Shown here: one piece after another, positions 1 through 8,307 of the stretch
How the letters are laid out: every line of letters begins with the position of its first letter
Position numbering within the stretch: position 1 is the stretch's first letter
Assembly (NCBI GenBank): GCA_045652565.1
Contig: JAZRUN010000062.1
Location: forward strand, 1 to 24,539
Direction: 5' to 3'
DNA length: 24,539 nucleotides
DNA from: Candidatus Enterousia sp.
Lineage (GTDB): Bacteria; Pseudomonadota; Alphaproteobacteria; Rs-D84
Notes under the pieces: model-generated
Database searches by the model: none
Told to the model about the DNA's origin: nothing
What the model saw: only the letters and a program-made list of their open reading frames with translations
Position numbers and translations under genes: made by a program

Positions 1-197
1 ATGGCAATATCACCGTCAGAAACCACGGGCGCAGTTTTTGGTGCGGTCCACATATTTATCAACCACCAAGAGCCAAAGAATAAAATCATCCACCACAAAA
101 AGCCGGACAGACGCGATTTAGGTTTTGCATTTGTTGCCGCCCTGTTTGCGTTCCACGCATTAAACCCAGAATTATTGTTATCAAGATATTTTACCAT
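1..197 (-). CDS. Membrane protein, N-terminal part (runs off window); possibly YidC-like
   Basis: Not in the ORF track. ATG at 197-195 overlaps the lspA stop (TAATG). Reads MVKYLDNNNSGFNAWNANRAATNAKPKSRLSGFLWWMILFFGSWWLINMWTAPKTAPVVSDGDIA with one TM segment, open to the window edge. YidC identity is only a guess from the N-terminal anchor. Confidence 0.6.
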   Translation of the reverse strand, partial: MVKYLDNNNSGFNAWNANRAATNAKPKSRLSGFLWWMILFFGSWWLINMWTAPKTAPVVSDGDIA

Positions 198-730
198 TAT
201 TTAGCCTTTATATTTTTTAAACATTTTTTGCGCGCCAAATACCAATTCAGCACATAGAGCATCACACCAACCGTAATAAACACATCCGCCACATTAAATG
301 CCGGCCAATGCGCGCCACCAATATGCAGGTCCAGAAAGTCAACCACTGCACCAAAGCGGATGCGGTCAATCAGATTTCCAAATGCACCACCAACGATAAA
401 TATTAGTGGCACACGTTCGTAATTCTTTGCGCGCGCAAACAGATAGTAAGTCAGCCACGCAATAATTAAACCCGTCAGAATTATCATAACAATCGGCGCG
501 TTGTCGCCCAAGCCCCTAAACAAAGAAAACGCGGTTCCCGGATTCCAAGTAAAAACTATATTGAAAAAGTTAGTCACGCGCGTCATTAAATACGGCACAG
601 GCACCACAGACCAAGCGGGGCCGAACACAAACGCCGAACCAGTTATTAAAAACAATAAAATACCTTTGGCAATCTGGTCAAGCAAGACTATGCCACAGAT
701 GCCCATAACAGTTTTTAAGATTCTATTCAT
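197..730 (-). CDS. lspA: Lipoprotein signal peptidase II
   Basis: Motifs NPGTAF, GGAFGNLIDR, VVDFLD, FNVAD. Start placed at MNRILK (730) behind AAAGGA. Confidence 0.93.
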   Translation of the reverse strand: MNRILKTVMGICGIVLLDQIAKGILLFLITGSAFVFGPAWSVVPVPYLMTRVTNFFNIVFTWNPGTAFSLFRGLGDNAPIVMIILTGLIIAWLTYYLFARAKNYERVPLIFIVGGAFGNLIDRIRFGAVVDFLDLHIGGAHWPAFNVADVFITVGVMLYVLNWYLARKKCLKNIKAK

Positions 731-811
731 CGTTTTTCCTTTCTGACCGACACAATATAGCAACATCGGAAACCAAACGCAAATATAAAAAACACCCGCG
801 CACGAAACGAA

Positions 812-840
812 TTGACAGCAGTATTTTTTGTATGTATGCT
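812..840 (+). promoter_or_regulatory. sigma70-type promoter
   Basis: TTGACA-17 nt-TATGCT upstream of GGAG and the ATG at 868. Confidence 0.6.
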
Positions 841-867
841 GATAACAGTAAATATCAGGAGTAAAAA

Positions 868-1311
868 ATGATAAAAAAATGGATAATTTTACAGAACTTT
901 GAAACGGTGCTTACTGGTCGGCCGACACAATTAAATCTTGGACAAATATCAGAAGAGCAATTAAACAAATTCTTGTCAATTATTCGCAACAGCAAACCAG
1001 AAAGAGGCGAAAAATATCACTGTGGTTTTGATGTATTCTTGATAGATAAGGCGTTTGCAGTCGAACCGAAACCCATTGGGCGCAATCTGCCAACGACGAT
1101 AGAATGGCTCCCCGCATCATATATAAGTCCTGCAAAACCGGACGAAGTTGTTATTGTTATGCGGCCTGGTGTATTGGATGATACGGATTGCGTTGTATCA
1201 GATACACATAATTGCCCAATCTGTATCCAAAGCGGTATGTGTCCATCACCATTTATCAGAAAATATATTGGCAAAGTGTTATTTCCAAATAAGTATGCCA
1301 AACAAAAATAA
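868..1311 (+). CDS. Hypothetical protein with C-terminal Cys cluster
   Basis: 147 aa with promoter, GGAG RBS and terminator. C-x7-C-x2-C-x5-C near the C-terminus. Confidence 0.75.
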   Translation: MIKKWIILQNFETVLTGRPTQLNLGQISEEQLNKFLSIIRNSKPERGEKYHCGFDVFLIDKAFAVEPKPIGRNLPTTIEWLPASYISPAKPDEVVIVMRPGVLDDTDCVVSDTHNCPICIQSGMCPSPFIRKYIGKVLFPNKYAKQK

Positions 1312-1336
1312 AACGCGCCCAACTGGGCGTGTTTTT
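1310..1336. terminator. Bidirectional intrinsic terminator
   Basis: AAAACGCGCCC-aact-GGGCGTGTTTT between convergent genes. Confidence 0.75.
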
Positions 1337-3044
1337 AATTACACCTGTCTGCGATTGCGTTATCCAGTTCTGAATAATTATCCATACGCATTTCGGAAAC
1401 CAAATCAGATATTGCCGTTTCAGAAACACCAAGTTGCCCAAGCACACCGCGCGCCAACATTAGTGAAGATTCGATAGTTTCTGGCCATACTTCTTGGGCG
1501 CCTTCTTTCATCAGTGTTCTGGATTCTGGCAAATTGCGCGCGCGCGCAAAAATTTTAACGCGTGGTGCAACACTCTTTACAGACAACACCGCATTCCGCG
1601 CAGTCGCGGCATTATCAAGCGCAACAACAACCGCACGAACATTGCGCGAGGCAAGTCCAAATTCACGCAAAACCGCCGGATTTGTACTGTCGCCATAAAA
1701 TACATTGTACCCGCTTTCACGCCCAAGCATCACTGCATTCACATTTAAATCCAATGCAATATATGGAACTTTTTTTACACCCAGAACATAGGCAATTATT
1801 TGCCCAACGCGCCCAAAGCCGCAAATTATCACCTCGGGCTGTATGTTAGCACCGCCGCCATTCAATCTGCGGCCACGCGCACGCGCAAACAATTTTGACG
1901 AATTTATAATTTTATCGTGCACCGCAAGCAAGAACGGTGTCGTTATCATAGATAAAATAATTATCGCAGTTAAAATTTCTTGATGCGCCGCAGGCACCGC
2001 CTGGATGCCACTGGTTTTCATCGTTTGAAACATCAACAGAGCAAATTCCCCGCCCTGACTTAACATCAGTGCAATAAGGCGCGCATCGTGCAACGGCACA
2101 TTACGCACACGCGCAACAATGAACAGGGCGATAAACTTTATACATACTAAACCAATCATCCCAAGAACAACGATATACCAATTCGCCCCAAGTATATCCA
2201 TATTTAACCCCATCCCCAGCGAAATGAAAAACAACGACAAAAACAGTATCGCATATGGTGACATTTCCACCCTAATCTGGTGACTGTATATTGTTTCCGA
2301 CATCAGCATACCCGCCAAGAACGCGCCAAGACCCGCCGGCAGTCCAAGCAAATCCATTATTACCGCCCACAAAACTATGTTTAACATAACAACCAATAAA
2401 AATGCTTCGCGCGAACGCAACTTTGCAACACGCTTTAATAACGGGTTCAGCACAAAACGACCAACAATAACAACACCACAAATCAACGTCACAGATGTGA
2501 CAACAACATCCACCAGCGCCGCGCCTAAATTAAATGAACGCCCCGCCAAAACCGGCAACATTGCAAGCAATGGAATTGATAACAAATCTTGGAATAACAG
2601 AATAGAAAAAGTTTGATTACCCATACTGGTGTTTAACTGGTTCCTGTCTGTCAATAACTGAATATCTTCTGATGTACTGGACATTGCAAACAACAATGAC
2701 ACAGTTATAACGCCCAACAATGACCAAGGTGTTATACCAACCAAAATCGGGAACAACATAACCGCAACCATAAGAACCTGGGCCGCACCAAATCCGAAAA
2801 TCATCCGACGCATTTGCCACAGGCGCTTCATATTTATTTCAAGTCCAATTGTGAACCACAAAAATAAAATGCCAAGGTCACCAAGAAAAGTCCAGGTGTC
2901 ATTGACTTGGAACAAATCAAGAACAAACGGCCCAGAAATAATTCCCGCCATCAAGAACGCAACCAATGTCCCGATGCGCGCAGTGCGTAAAAAATACACC
3001 AACACAAAAATTATCGCAAAAAACGCAAGAACCGATAGTGACAT
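1335..3044 (-). CDS. CPA2-family K+/H+ antiporter with C-terminal KTN (TrkA-N) domain, KefB/KefC-like
   Basis: Multi-TM N-terminus with FTIGLE, LLFQDL, LGAFLAG and SQGGEFA motifs; C-terminal GFGRVG Rossmann motif and FYGD. Confidence 0.9.
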   Translation of the reverse strand: MSLSVLAFFAIIFVLVYFLRTARIGTLVAFLMAGIISGPFVLDLFQVNDTWTFLGDLGILFLWFTIGLEINMKRLWQMRRMIFGFGAAQVLMVAVMLFPILVGITPWSLLGVITVSLLFAMSSTSEDIQLLTDRNQLNTSMGNQTFSILLFQDLLSIPLLAMLPVLAGRSFNLGAALVDVVVTSVTLICGVVIVGRFVLNPLLKRVAKLRSREAFLLVVMLNIVLWAVIMDLLGLPAGLGAFLAGMLMSETIYSHQIRVEMSPYAILFLSLFFISLGMGLNMDILGANWYIVVLGMIGLVCIKFIALFIVARVRNVPLHDARLIALMLSQGGEFALLMFQTMKTSGIQAVPAAHQEILTAIIILSMITTPFLLAVHDKIINSSKLFARARGRRLNGGGANIQPEVIICGFGRVGQIIAYVLGVKKVPYIALDLNVNAVMLGRESGYNVFYGDSTNPAVLREFGLASRNVRAVVVALDNAATARNAVLSVKSVAPRVKIFARARNLPESRTLMKEGAQEVWPETIESSLMLARGVLGQLGVSETAISDLVSEMRMDNYSELDNAIADRCN

Positions 3045-3095
3045 AAATTCTCTCTCCTATTTAACTGAACGTATTATAGCAAAAAAACATACCTG

Positions 3096-3923
3096 CTATG
3101 CAATCAATTTTTTTGCCATTTCAAGAAATTTTTCTGGCGTGATTTCTTCTGCACGCTCTGTGCCGTTTAAACCAAACAGAGTCCAATCGACATCGCGCAT
3201 AATACCACGTATCATTTTTCGTCGCATACCAAACAAACGCGCCGTCAAATTTTCCACGCGCGTGATATCGCCAACACGCTTTATCTTGTCCAGATTTGGA
3301 ATAATTTGCACAACCGCACTTTCAACCTTGGGGCGCGGCACAAACGCGGTTGACGGCACATCAAATAAAATCTTGGCATCTGCAATCAAAGACGTCAAAA
3401 CTGCAAGTCGTCCATAAGATTCTGTATTCGGGTGCGCAACAATACGCCAGGCAACTTCACGTTGAAACATCAAGGTCATAGATTTTATCGGCGCGCCGTT
3501 CGCAATATCGTGCAACCAATGTATCAACAATTCTGTACCGATATTATAAGGCAAATTTGCACATATCGAAAAAGCATCGGATGCAATTTTTGCCATATCT
3601 ACGCGCAATGCATCGTCATAAATAACATTCAGGCGTTCGCCCGCAACAGATTCGATTTGTGATAAAATCGCTTCTGTGGTTTTATCTTTTTCAATCGCAA
3701 TGACTTTTTTTGCACCCGCCAAAAGCAATGCGCGCGTAAGGCCGCCAGGGCCTGGGCCAACCTCTATCACCGTTGATTTTTCTATGTCGGGCACACTGCG
3801 CGCAATACGCCCAGTCAAATTTAAATCGAACAAAAAATTCTGCCCGAATTGCTTTTTGGGTTCCAAGCCCGTTGCGCGCATCATTTCGGAAACTGGTGGT
3901 AAAGATTTAAGTTCATTTATCAT
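3096..3923 (-). CDS. rsmA: 16S rRNA m6,2A dimethyltransferase KsgA/RsmA
   Basis: GQNFL, EVGPGPG, NLPY and FVPRPKVESAV motifs. Confidence 0.96.
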   Translation of the reverse strand: MINELKSLPPVSEMMRATGLEPKKQFGQNFLFDLNLTGRIARSVPDIEKSTVIEVGPGPGGLTRALLLAGAKKVIAIEKDKTTEAILSQIESVAGERLNVIYDDALRVDMAKIASDAFSICANLPYNIGTELLIHWLHDIANGAPIKSMTLMFQREVAWRIVAHPNTESYGRLAVLTSLIADAKILFDVPSTAFVPRPKVESAVVQIIPNLDKIKRVGDITRVENLTARLFGMRRKMIRGIMRDVDWTLFGLNGTERAEEITPEKFLEMAKKLIA

Positions 3924-4513
3924 ATCGCGCGCCGCCCCCCAAAGGCCAATGACAAAGTACCATCATCCAAATAATCCAAATCGCCACCAAGTGGTACCCC
4001 AGATGCCAATTCTGTAAAACGCACATTCGCCTCAATCACAGACATAATATATTGCTGGGTCGTTTTCCCTTCGACAGTATTCGGCAAGGCAAAAATAATC
4101 TCGCTGATTTGTTCGTCTTTTATTCGTACGGATAAATTTTTCAAATTTAAATCTTCTGGCGTCACCCCAGATACCCCAGACAACAAGCCGCCCAAAATAT
4201 GATACCGCCCATTAAACACACCAGACTTTTCAAGTGTCCAAACATCCGCCAAATCCCGCACTATACAGAGCATTCCATTCCCACGCGACGCGTCACGACA
4301 AAATTCGCAAACGCCTGCGCTGCGGTCTGTCAAAATTCCACAATTCGGACACGCACAAATGTTTTCACTCGCATCAGTCAGCGCATCAACCAATTTATCT
4401 ATGCGGCCCGTTTTATCTTGCAACAGCCCCAGAACAATTCTGCGCGCCGCCCTGTTTCCTACACGTGGCAACTTTGCAAATTGTTTAACAAGTTTTTCTA
4501 TTATCGGATTCAT
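3920..4513 (-). CDS. recR: Recombination mediator RecR
   Basis: N-terminal HhH (LPRVGNRAARR), C4 zinc finger CPNC/CEFC, Toprim segment GRYHILGG, GVPLGGDLDYLD. Overlaps the rsmA start (ATGA). Confidence 0.95.
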   Translation of the reverse strand: MNPIIEKLVKQFAKLPRVGNRAARRIVLGLLQDKTGRIDKLVDALTDASENICACPNCGILTDRSAGVCEFCRDASRGNGMLCIVRDLADVWTLEKSGVFNGRYHILGGLLSGVSGVTPEDLNLKNLSVRIKDEQISEIIFALPNTVEGKTTQQYIMSVIEANVRFTELASGVPLGGDLDYLDDGTLSLAFGGRRAI

Positions 4514-4526
4514 ATTTCAATCCATA

Positions 4527-5645
4527 TCAATGAAAGATAAAACAGTCAATACCGGCGGCGGTTGCGCGATTTTTTAACTCTGTCGCGGCCGATTCAGACA
4601 GGCCGCCAACACGCACACGATAAAGTCCAGAATCGGTCATCTCTGTATGCGCATTTGCACCAAGCACGTTTTTAACACGCGCAATCATCGCATTCGCAGA
4701 GCCCACCGATGAAAATGCACCAAACTGAACCCCTGTGCCACCAACCATTGGGGCATCAACCGCGTATTTTTGCACAATCGGTGAAGACACCGGCGCAGGA
4801 CGCCGCGACGTTTCAACAGGTGTTTCTTTGATGACCATTGGCGCATCGGTCCCAAGCATTTCAAAACCACGATTCAAAAGACGAACCGATACATCCGCAC
4901 GCACATCTTTGTCTTCCGCCCCCAACACCACAGACATCAAACGCCTATTGCCACGCGCCGCCGTCGCAACCAAAGAATACTTTGACTTGTTTGTATAGCC
5001 CGTTTTCATACCGTCACACCCAGGATATGTTTCCAAAAGCCGATTGCCGTTTGTATATGTTTTTCCGCCATAGGTCCAACTTTTGATTCCAAAATATTTC
5101 CAATACTGCGGAAAATGCTTATAAACCGCCATAGACAACAATGCAATATCGCGTGCCGTTGACAGATGATCATCATCAGGCAGCCCCGAAGAATTTTCAA
5201 AATGTGTCCGTGAAAGACCGATTTCGCGTGCAATACGCGTCATAAGTGATGCAAAAGTTTCTTCTTTCCCACCCTTTAAATTTTCCGCCAAGACACGCGC
5301 GACATCATTTGCGCTGTAAACCGCAACTGCAATTATCGCATCTTCAACACGAATCTTGGACCCCGCCGCAAGCCCCAGTTTTACAGGTTCTGCGTTTGCC
5401 GCACTTTTTGAAACGATTAAATAATCGTCCAAATGCAGCCGCCCGTGTTCCAACGCATCAAAGGTCAAATACAGCGTCATTATCTTGGTTAAACTTGCGG
5501 GATAATTTTCAACATTTGCATTTTCTTGATAAAGCACGCGCCCAGAGTCCATATCTGCAACCAATGCCGCACGATAGTCCGCCCCAGACGCCCCCAGCGC
5601 AAACAACGCAGTCAATAAAAACGTAAAAATTTTTCTTGTTCTCAT
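4527..5645 (-). CDS. D-alanyl-D-alanine carboxypeptidase (peptidase S11) with C-terminal SPOR domain
   Basis: Signal peptide, SLTK (SxxK), SAN (SxN) and KTG motifs; SPOR-like VQFGAFSS...YRVRVG. Start placed at MRTRKI (5645). Confidence 0.9.
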   Translation of the reverse strand: MRTRKIFTFLLTALFALGASGADYRAALVADMDSGRVLYQENANVENYPASLTKIMTLYLTFDALEHGRLHLDDYLIVSKSAANAEPVKLGLAAGSKIRVEDAIIAVAVYSANDVARVLAENLKGGKEETFASLMTRIAREIGLSRTHFENSSGLPDDDHLSTARDIALLSMAVYKHFPQYWKYFGIKSWTYGGKTYTNGNRLLETYPGCDGMKTGYTNKSKYSLVATAARGNRRLMSVVLGAEDKDVRADVSVRLLNRGFEMLGTDAPMVIKETPVETSRRPAPVSSPIVQKYAVDAPMVGGTGVQFGAFSSVGSANAMIARVKNVLGANAHTEMTDSGLYRVRVGGLSESAATELKNRATAAGIDCFIFH

Positions 5646-5701
5646 ATCACCTATGTTAGTAAAAAACATCTAACCAGGTCAACAGAATTTATATGAAAAA
5701 A

Positions 5702-5903
5702 TTATGCTTTTTTCTCTTCTTGTAAAAAACCGCCCGATTGCATTTTCCAAAGACGCGCGTATTCACCGCGACGCCGCAACAAAACCAATAATAAACCTTA
5801 ACAGCCATGCCGCACTTAAATAGCCGTAAAAACCACGAAACGTATTTGCATAAAAGCCCAACAGAGTTTTGGGCATAGAAATATTTGATTGATTGGTTTT
5901 CAT
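5702..5903 (-). pseudogene. Internally deleted remnant of an MsbA/MdlB-like ABC exporter
   Basis: One frame from ATG 5903 reads MKTNQSNISMPKTLLGFYANTFRGFYGYLSAAWLLRFIIGF. A different frame over 5782-5702 reads LLRRRGEYARLWKMQSGGFLQEEKKA*, resembling the GxYAxLWxxQxGGF C-terminus of ABCB exporters. Confidence 0.7.
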
Positions 5904-5933
5904 AAAATTGCCCCCATTGCAGATAATACGGGA

Positions 5934-5978
5934 ATTTTATCACATACAACTTGCATCGGCAAGAATATTTTCTATAAT
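5934..5978. promoter_or_regulatory. Overlapping divergent sigma70-type promoters
   Basis: Plus strand: TTGCAT (5951-56)-16-TATAAT (5973-78). Minus strand: TTGCCG (5962-57)-17-TAAAAT (5939-34) with TGn extension. Confidence 0.55.
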
Positions 5979-5987
5979 CACTGCGCT

Positions 5988-6521
5988 ATGGCGCTTGAAA
6001 TCAAAGAATTTTCTTTACTAAACATTGGTTCGCAGTTTCACGAATTTAATTCCGCGGTTAAAAAGAATCGTAATCGCTTGGCGCCATATTTTTGGTGGGC
6101 AAACATGAATGCGGGCGCACGTTTTTGTTTTATTTTATCTGGACTGGTTGCGGAAAAGTTGACCGTTGTTTTTCACGATTTGCCATATAACAAAAAATTT
6201 ATCATTCGCAGGAATGGCGAATTTGCGGGGATTGTCGGACTTGACGGCCTTGCGCAAGGCGCGCCACGCGCAGAATTATGGTTTTTTGTGGTTCGCGAAC
6301 ACGAATGCCAACACGCGGCATCGCGTGCGATAAAACAGGTAGAGGCTTTTGCACAAAAGAAATCAGTAAAAAAACTTTATGCGCAAACCAAGTGGGATAA
6401 TATGGATGCGCGGCAATTATTGCACCACAATAACTTTGAAGTCTATGATATCAAACGTTATGCCAAAGAACAAATACTCTGGTGGGAAAAGACACTGTCG
6501 ACAAAAGTTATTGAAAAATAA
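5988..6521 (+). CDS. GNAT N-acetyltransferase, RimJ/RimL-like
   Basis: FAGIVGL, AELWFFV, QHAASRAI, N..ARQLL...NF pattern. Start placed at MALEIK (5988). Confidence 0.75.
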   Translation: MALEIKEFSLLNIGSQFHEFNSAVKKNRNRLAPYFWWANMNAGARFCFILSGLVAEKLTVVFHDLPYNKKFIIRRNGEFAGIVGLDGLAQGAPRAELWFFVVREHECQHAASRAIKQVEAFAQKKSVKKLYAQTKWDNMDARQLLHHNNFEVYDIKRYAKEQILWWEKTLSTKVIEK

Positions 6522-6551
6522 AATAAAATCGTTAAAATGAATTTGCTTTTT

Positions 6552-6626
6552 GGTCCCATCGTCTAGCGGTTAGGACATCGGATTCTCATTCCGGTAACAT
6601 GGGTTCGATTCCCATTGGGACTGCCA
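6552..6626 (+). tRNA. tRNA-Glu(CTC)
   Basis: Cloverleaf: acceptor GGTCCCA/TGGGACT (G1:U72), anticodon loop TT-CTC-AT, T-loop TTCGATT, encoded CCA. Confidence 0.95.
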
Positions 6627-6637
6627 AAAATCAAGAA

Positions 6638-6659
6638 TCACCCGTTTGGGTGACTTTTT
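6638..6659 (+). terminator. Intrinsic terminator after tRNA-Glu
   Basis: TCACCC-gttt-GGGTGA followed by CTTTTT. Confidence 0.7.
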
Positions 6660-6682
6660 GTTAGATTTCTAAGCATTTCACA

Positions 6683-6734
6683 AGTTCGTAAGTCTGGCAT
6701 TGAAAACAGCCACCGTTTTGCACATTTACGAACT
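6683..6734. repeat. 52-bp palindrome-ended element, copy A1
   Basis: AGTTCGTAA-34 nt-TTACGAACT, preceded by TTCACN. Confidence 0.9.
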
Positions 6735-6743
6735 ATTAAAAAG

Positions 6744-6767
6744 AAAAGGTTAGAAATCTAACCTTTT
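6744..6767. terminator. Perfect hairpin, likely terminator of the lipoprotein gene
   Basis: AAAAGGTTAG-aaat-CTAACCTTTT. Confidence 0.65.
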
Positions 6768-6798
6768 TCATGCTTCGTATACATTGTGGGTGTTTGAA

Positions 6799-7221
6799 TT
6801 ATTTAAACAATATTTCTAGTTCCTTTTGTGTATTTTCATCTATCAGTTTTGCTTGCAAATGTTGATTAGGGTTTGCGGATTCCACTTCTTGCCAGAAACA
6901 TTTGCGGTCATTTAAATTAAATCCCATTTCAATCCAACCTTCTCGCAATCCAATATTTTTGGTGTCTAATATATAAAAATCTAATTTGTAATCAGTATTT
7001 GAATACGTTATGAACGTGTTCTTCACGCTTTCCTTTTTCAATTTTATATCTTTTCCATCAACAGATATTACAGCATAATTTTTATATAATTTTATATCTG
7101 TTGTTGGATTGCCTTCTTCTGCACCATTACAGAAAAAACCAGTCCCAACATACACAGGTTTGTCAGAACAGGCACTTAGACTAATTAAAATTGGCAAAAT
7201 TAACAAAGATAATTTTTTCAT
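6799..7221 (-). CDS. Hypothetical lipoprotein (cargo 1)
   Basis: MKK, hydrophobic core, lipobox LSAC; AAGGAG RBS. Confidence 0.8.
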   Translation of the reverse strand: MKKLSLLILPILISLSACSDKPVYVGTGFFCNGAEEGNPTTDIKLYKNYAVISVDGKDIKLKKESVKNTFITYSNTDYKLDFYILDTKNIGLREGWIEMGFNLNDRKCFWQEVESANPNQHLQAKLIDENTQKELEILFK

Positions 7222-7251
7222 TTTTTACTCCTTAGTTATAGCATCATTATA

Positions 7252-7344
7252 TCATAAATTTTTCAAAAACACTTTAATATCTTTCCCGAACTGCAACAAA
7301 TCTTTGATTTCATCGGTTCGTGAATTGCACAGTATGTCCTGCCA
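7252..7344 (-). repeat. Right-end segment B1 (att-like, ends in CTGCCA)
   Basis: Homologous to 8041-8139. Minus frame from the CCA reads WQDILCNSRTDEIKDLLQFGKDIKVFLKNL*. Confidence 0.85.
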
Positions 7345-7352
7345 AAATAGAT

Positions 7353-7377
7353 AAAACCGCATTTTTGCGGTTTTTTT
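7353..7377 (+). terminator. Terminator-like hairpin at the left end of unit 2
   Basis: AAAACCGCA-tttt-TGCGGTTTT(TTT), positioned like the hairpin after the tRNA. Confidence 0.65.
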
Positions 7378-7400
7378 ATTAGTTTTGCAACACTTTCACG

Positions 7401-7452
7401 AGTTCGTAAGTTGAGTGTCAAAAACCGTCCCCGTTTCGCTGATTTACGAACT
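7401..7452. repeat. 52-bp palindrome-ended element, copy A2
   Basis: Same arms and length as A1. Confidence 0.9.
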
Positions 7453-7455
7453 TTT

Positions 7456-7992
7456 TTATTTGGTTTTTATCAAAAATGTATCCAAATATGGAAACAATTT
7501 CATCCTTTCAGCAGACCAGGCTTTGGTGCTTTGTAAATTTGGAATTGGTTTCAAAGTCATTAAATAATCTATGGTTCGTTTTGTCTCTGCTGAACGCTCT
7601 TTGTACGCAGTTAGACATTTAAAACCAGAGCTGAGAATAAAGAAATATAATGCGGACAGATAATTATAACCATGGTCGTTATCTTTGAAAAACGCAGCCT
7701 GGTCATTTTTTTTATAATAACCGCATGTATCACCAATTCTGATAAGTTTGTTATTAACATCAAATCTTATATAATGATCATCTGTACGCAGTTTATGAAA
7801 AATAGAAAAATGCAAGCTTTTATCGCTTTGGTCGTTCTGTTTATTCTGAGCAAATATAGCTTCTTCATATGAATAATTAACGCGTTTTACCTGCAAAGGA
7901 ATAGTTTTAGTTATTTGAACCATTTTTTGTAATAACAATATGGATAAATCTCTCTGTTCCATTTCTATTGATTTTTCATCAAGGCCTGCCAT
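7456..7992 (-). CDS. Hypothetical protein (cargo 2)
   Basis: AT-rich ORF with no recognised motif. Start at MAGLDE (7992) or 8025; the stop lies 3 nt from A2. Confidence 0.7.
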   Translation of the reverse strand: MAGLDEKSIEMEQRDLSILLLQKMVQITKTIPLQVKRVNYSYEEAIFAQNKQNDQSDKSLHFSIFHKLRTDDHYIRFDVNNKLIRIGDTCGYYKKNDQAAFFKDNDHGYNYLSALYFFILSSGFKCLTAYKERSAETKRTIDYLMTLKPIPNLQSTKAWSAERMKLFPYLDTFLIKTK

Positions 7993-8040
7993 TGTCCATC
8001 TCTTTATTTTATGAGAAATATACAATAAATCTTGATATTG

Positions 8041-8139
8041 TCAATAAAAACAATTGTTCAAAAATAGTTTGATTTCTTTCCCAAACTGCAACAAATCGCA
8101 TATCTTATTAGTTCGTGAATTGCACAGTATGCACTGCCA
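8041..8139 (-). repeat. Right-end segment B2 (att-like, ends in CTGCCA)
   Basis: Minus frame reads WQCILCNSRTNKICDLLQFGKEIKLFLNNCFY*. Confidence 0.85.
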
Positions 8140-8296
8140 TCCGCTTTCGCTTACGCTACAGCGAGATTGAGCATCACGCCGTAGCCAGCGCGTTCGGAGC
8201 AAAAAACTTTATCAATTCCTGATTTTTTATTCATCGAAATTAAGCACCAGCATAGGCGGACCTGTCTCGCCGTAGTTTTACGAAGGCGGATGCCAT
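8139..8296. repeat. REP/MITE-like element with imperfect terminal inverted repeats
   Basis: Left ATCCGCTTTCGCTTACGCTACAGCGAGA matches the reverse complement of right TCTCGCCGTAGTTTTACGAAGGCGGAT. TGCCAT occurs at 8135-8140 and 8291-8296. Confidence 0.7.
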
Positions 8297-8307
8297 ACTT
8301 ATTCACT

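Noticed and set aside
1-204. Plus-strand 67-aa ORF
   Set aside because: It is the antisense shadow of the minus-strand membrane protein that starts at 197, coupled to the lspA stop.
5689-5949. 86-aa minus-strand ORF in the track
   Set aside because: The other two minus frames carry the recognisable ABC-transporter ends, so this frame is incidental.
6627-6677. Left-end peptide similarity (KSNKKSPK..FW vs KTNKKTAK..FW) as an integrase remnant
   Set aside because: A/T-flanked terminator hairpins translate this way by default, and unit 1 has an in-frame stop. The equal spacing is kept as evidence, the coding interpretation is not.
6678-6734. Plus-strand reading VRK...N...FAxLRT shared by the three A copies
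   Set aside because: No start codon or RBS, and the palindromic arms explain most of the conservation; cannot be supported as a CDS.
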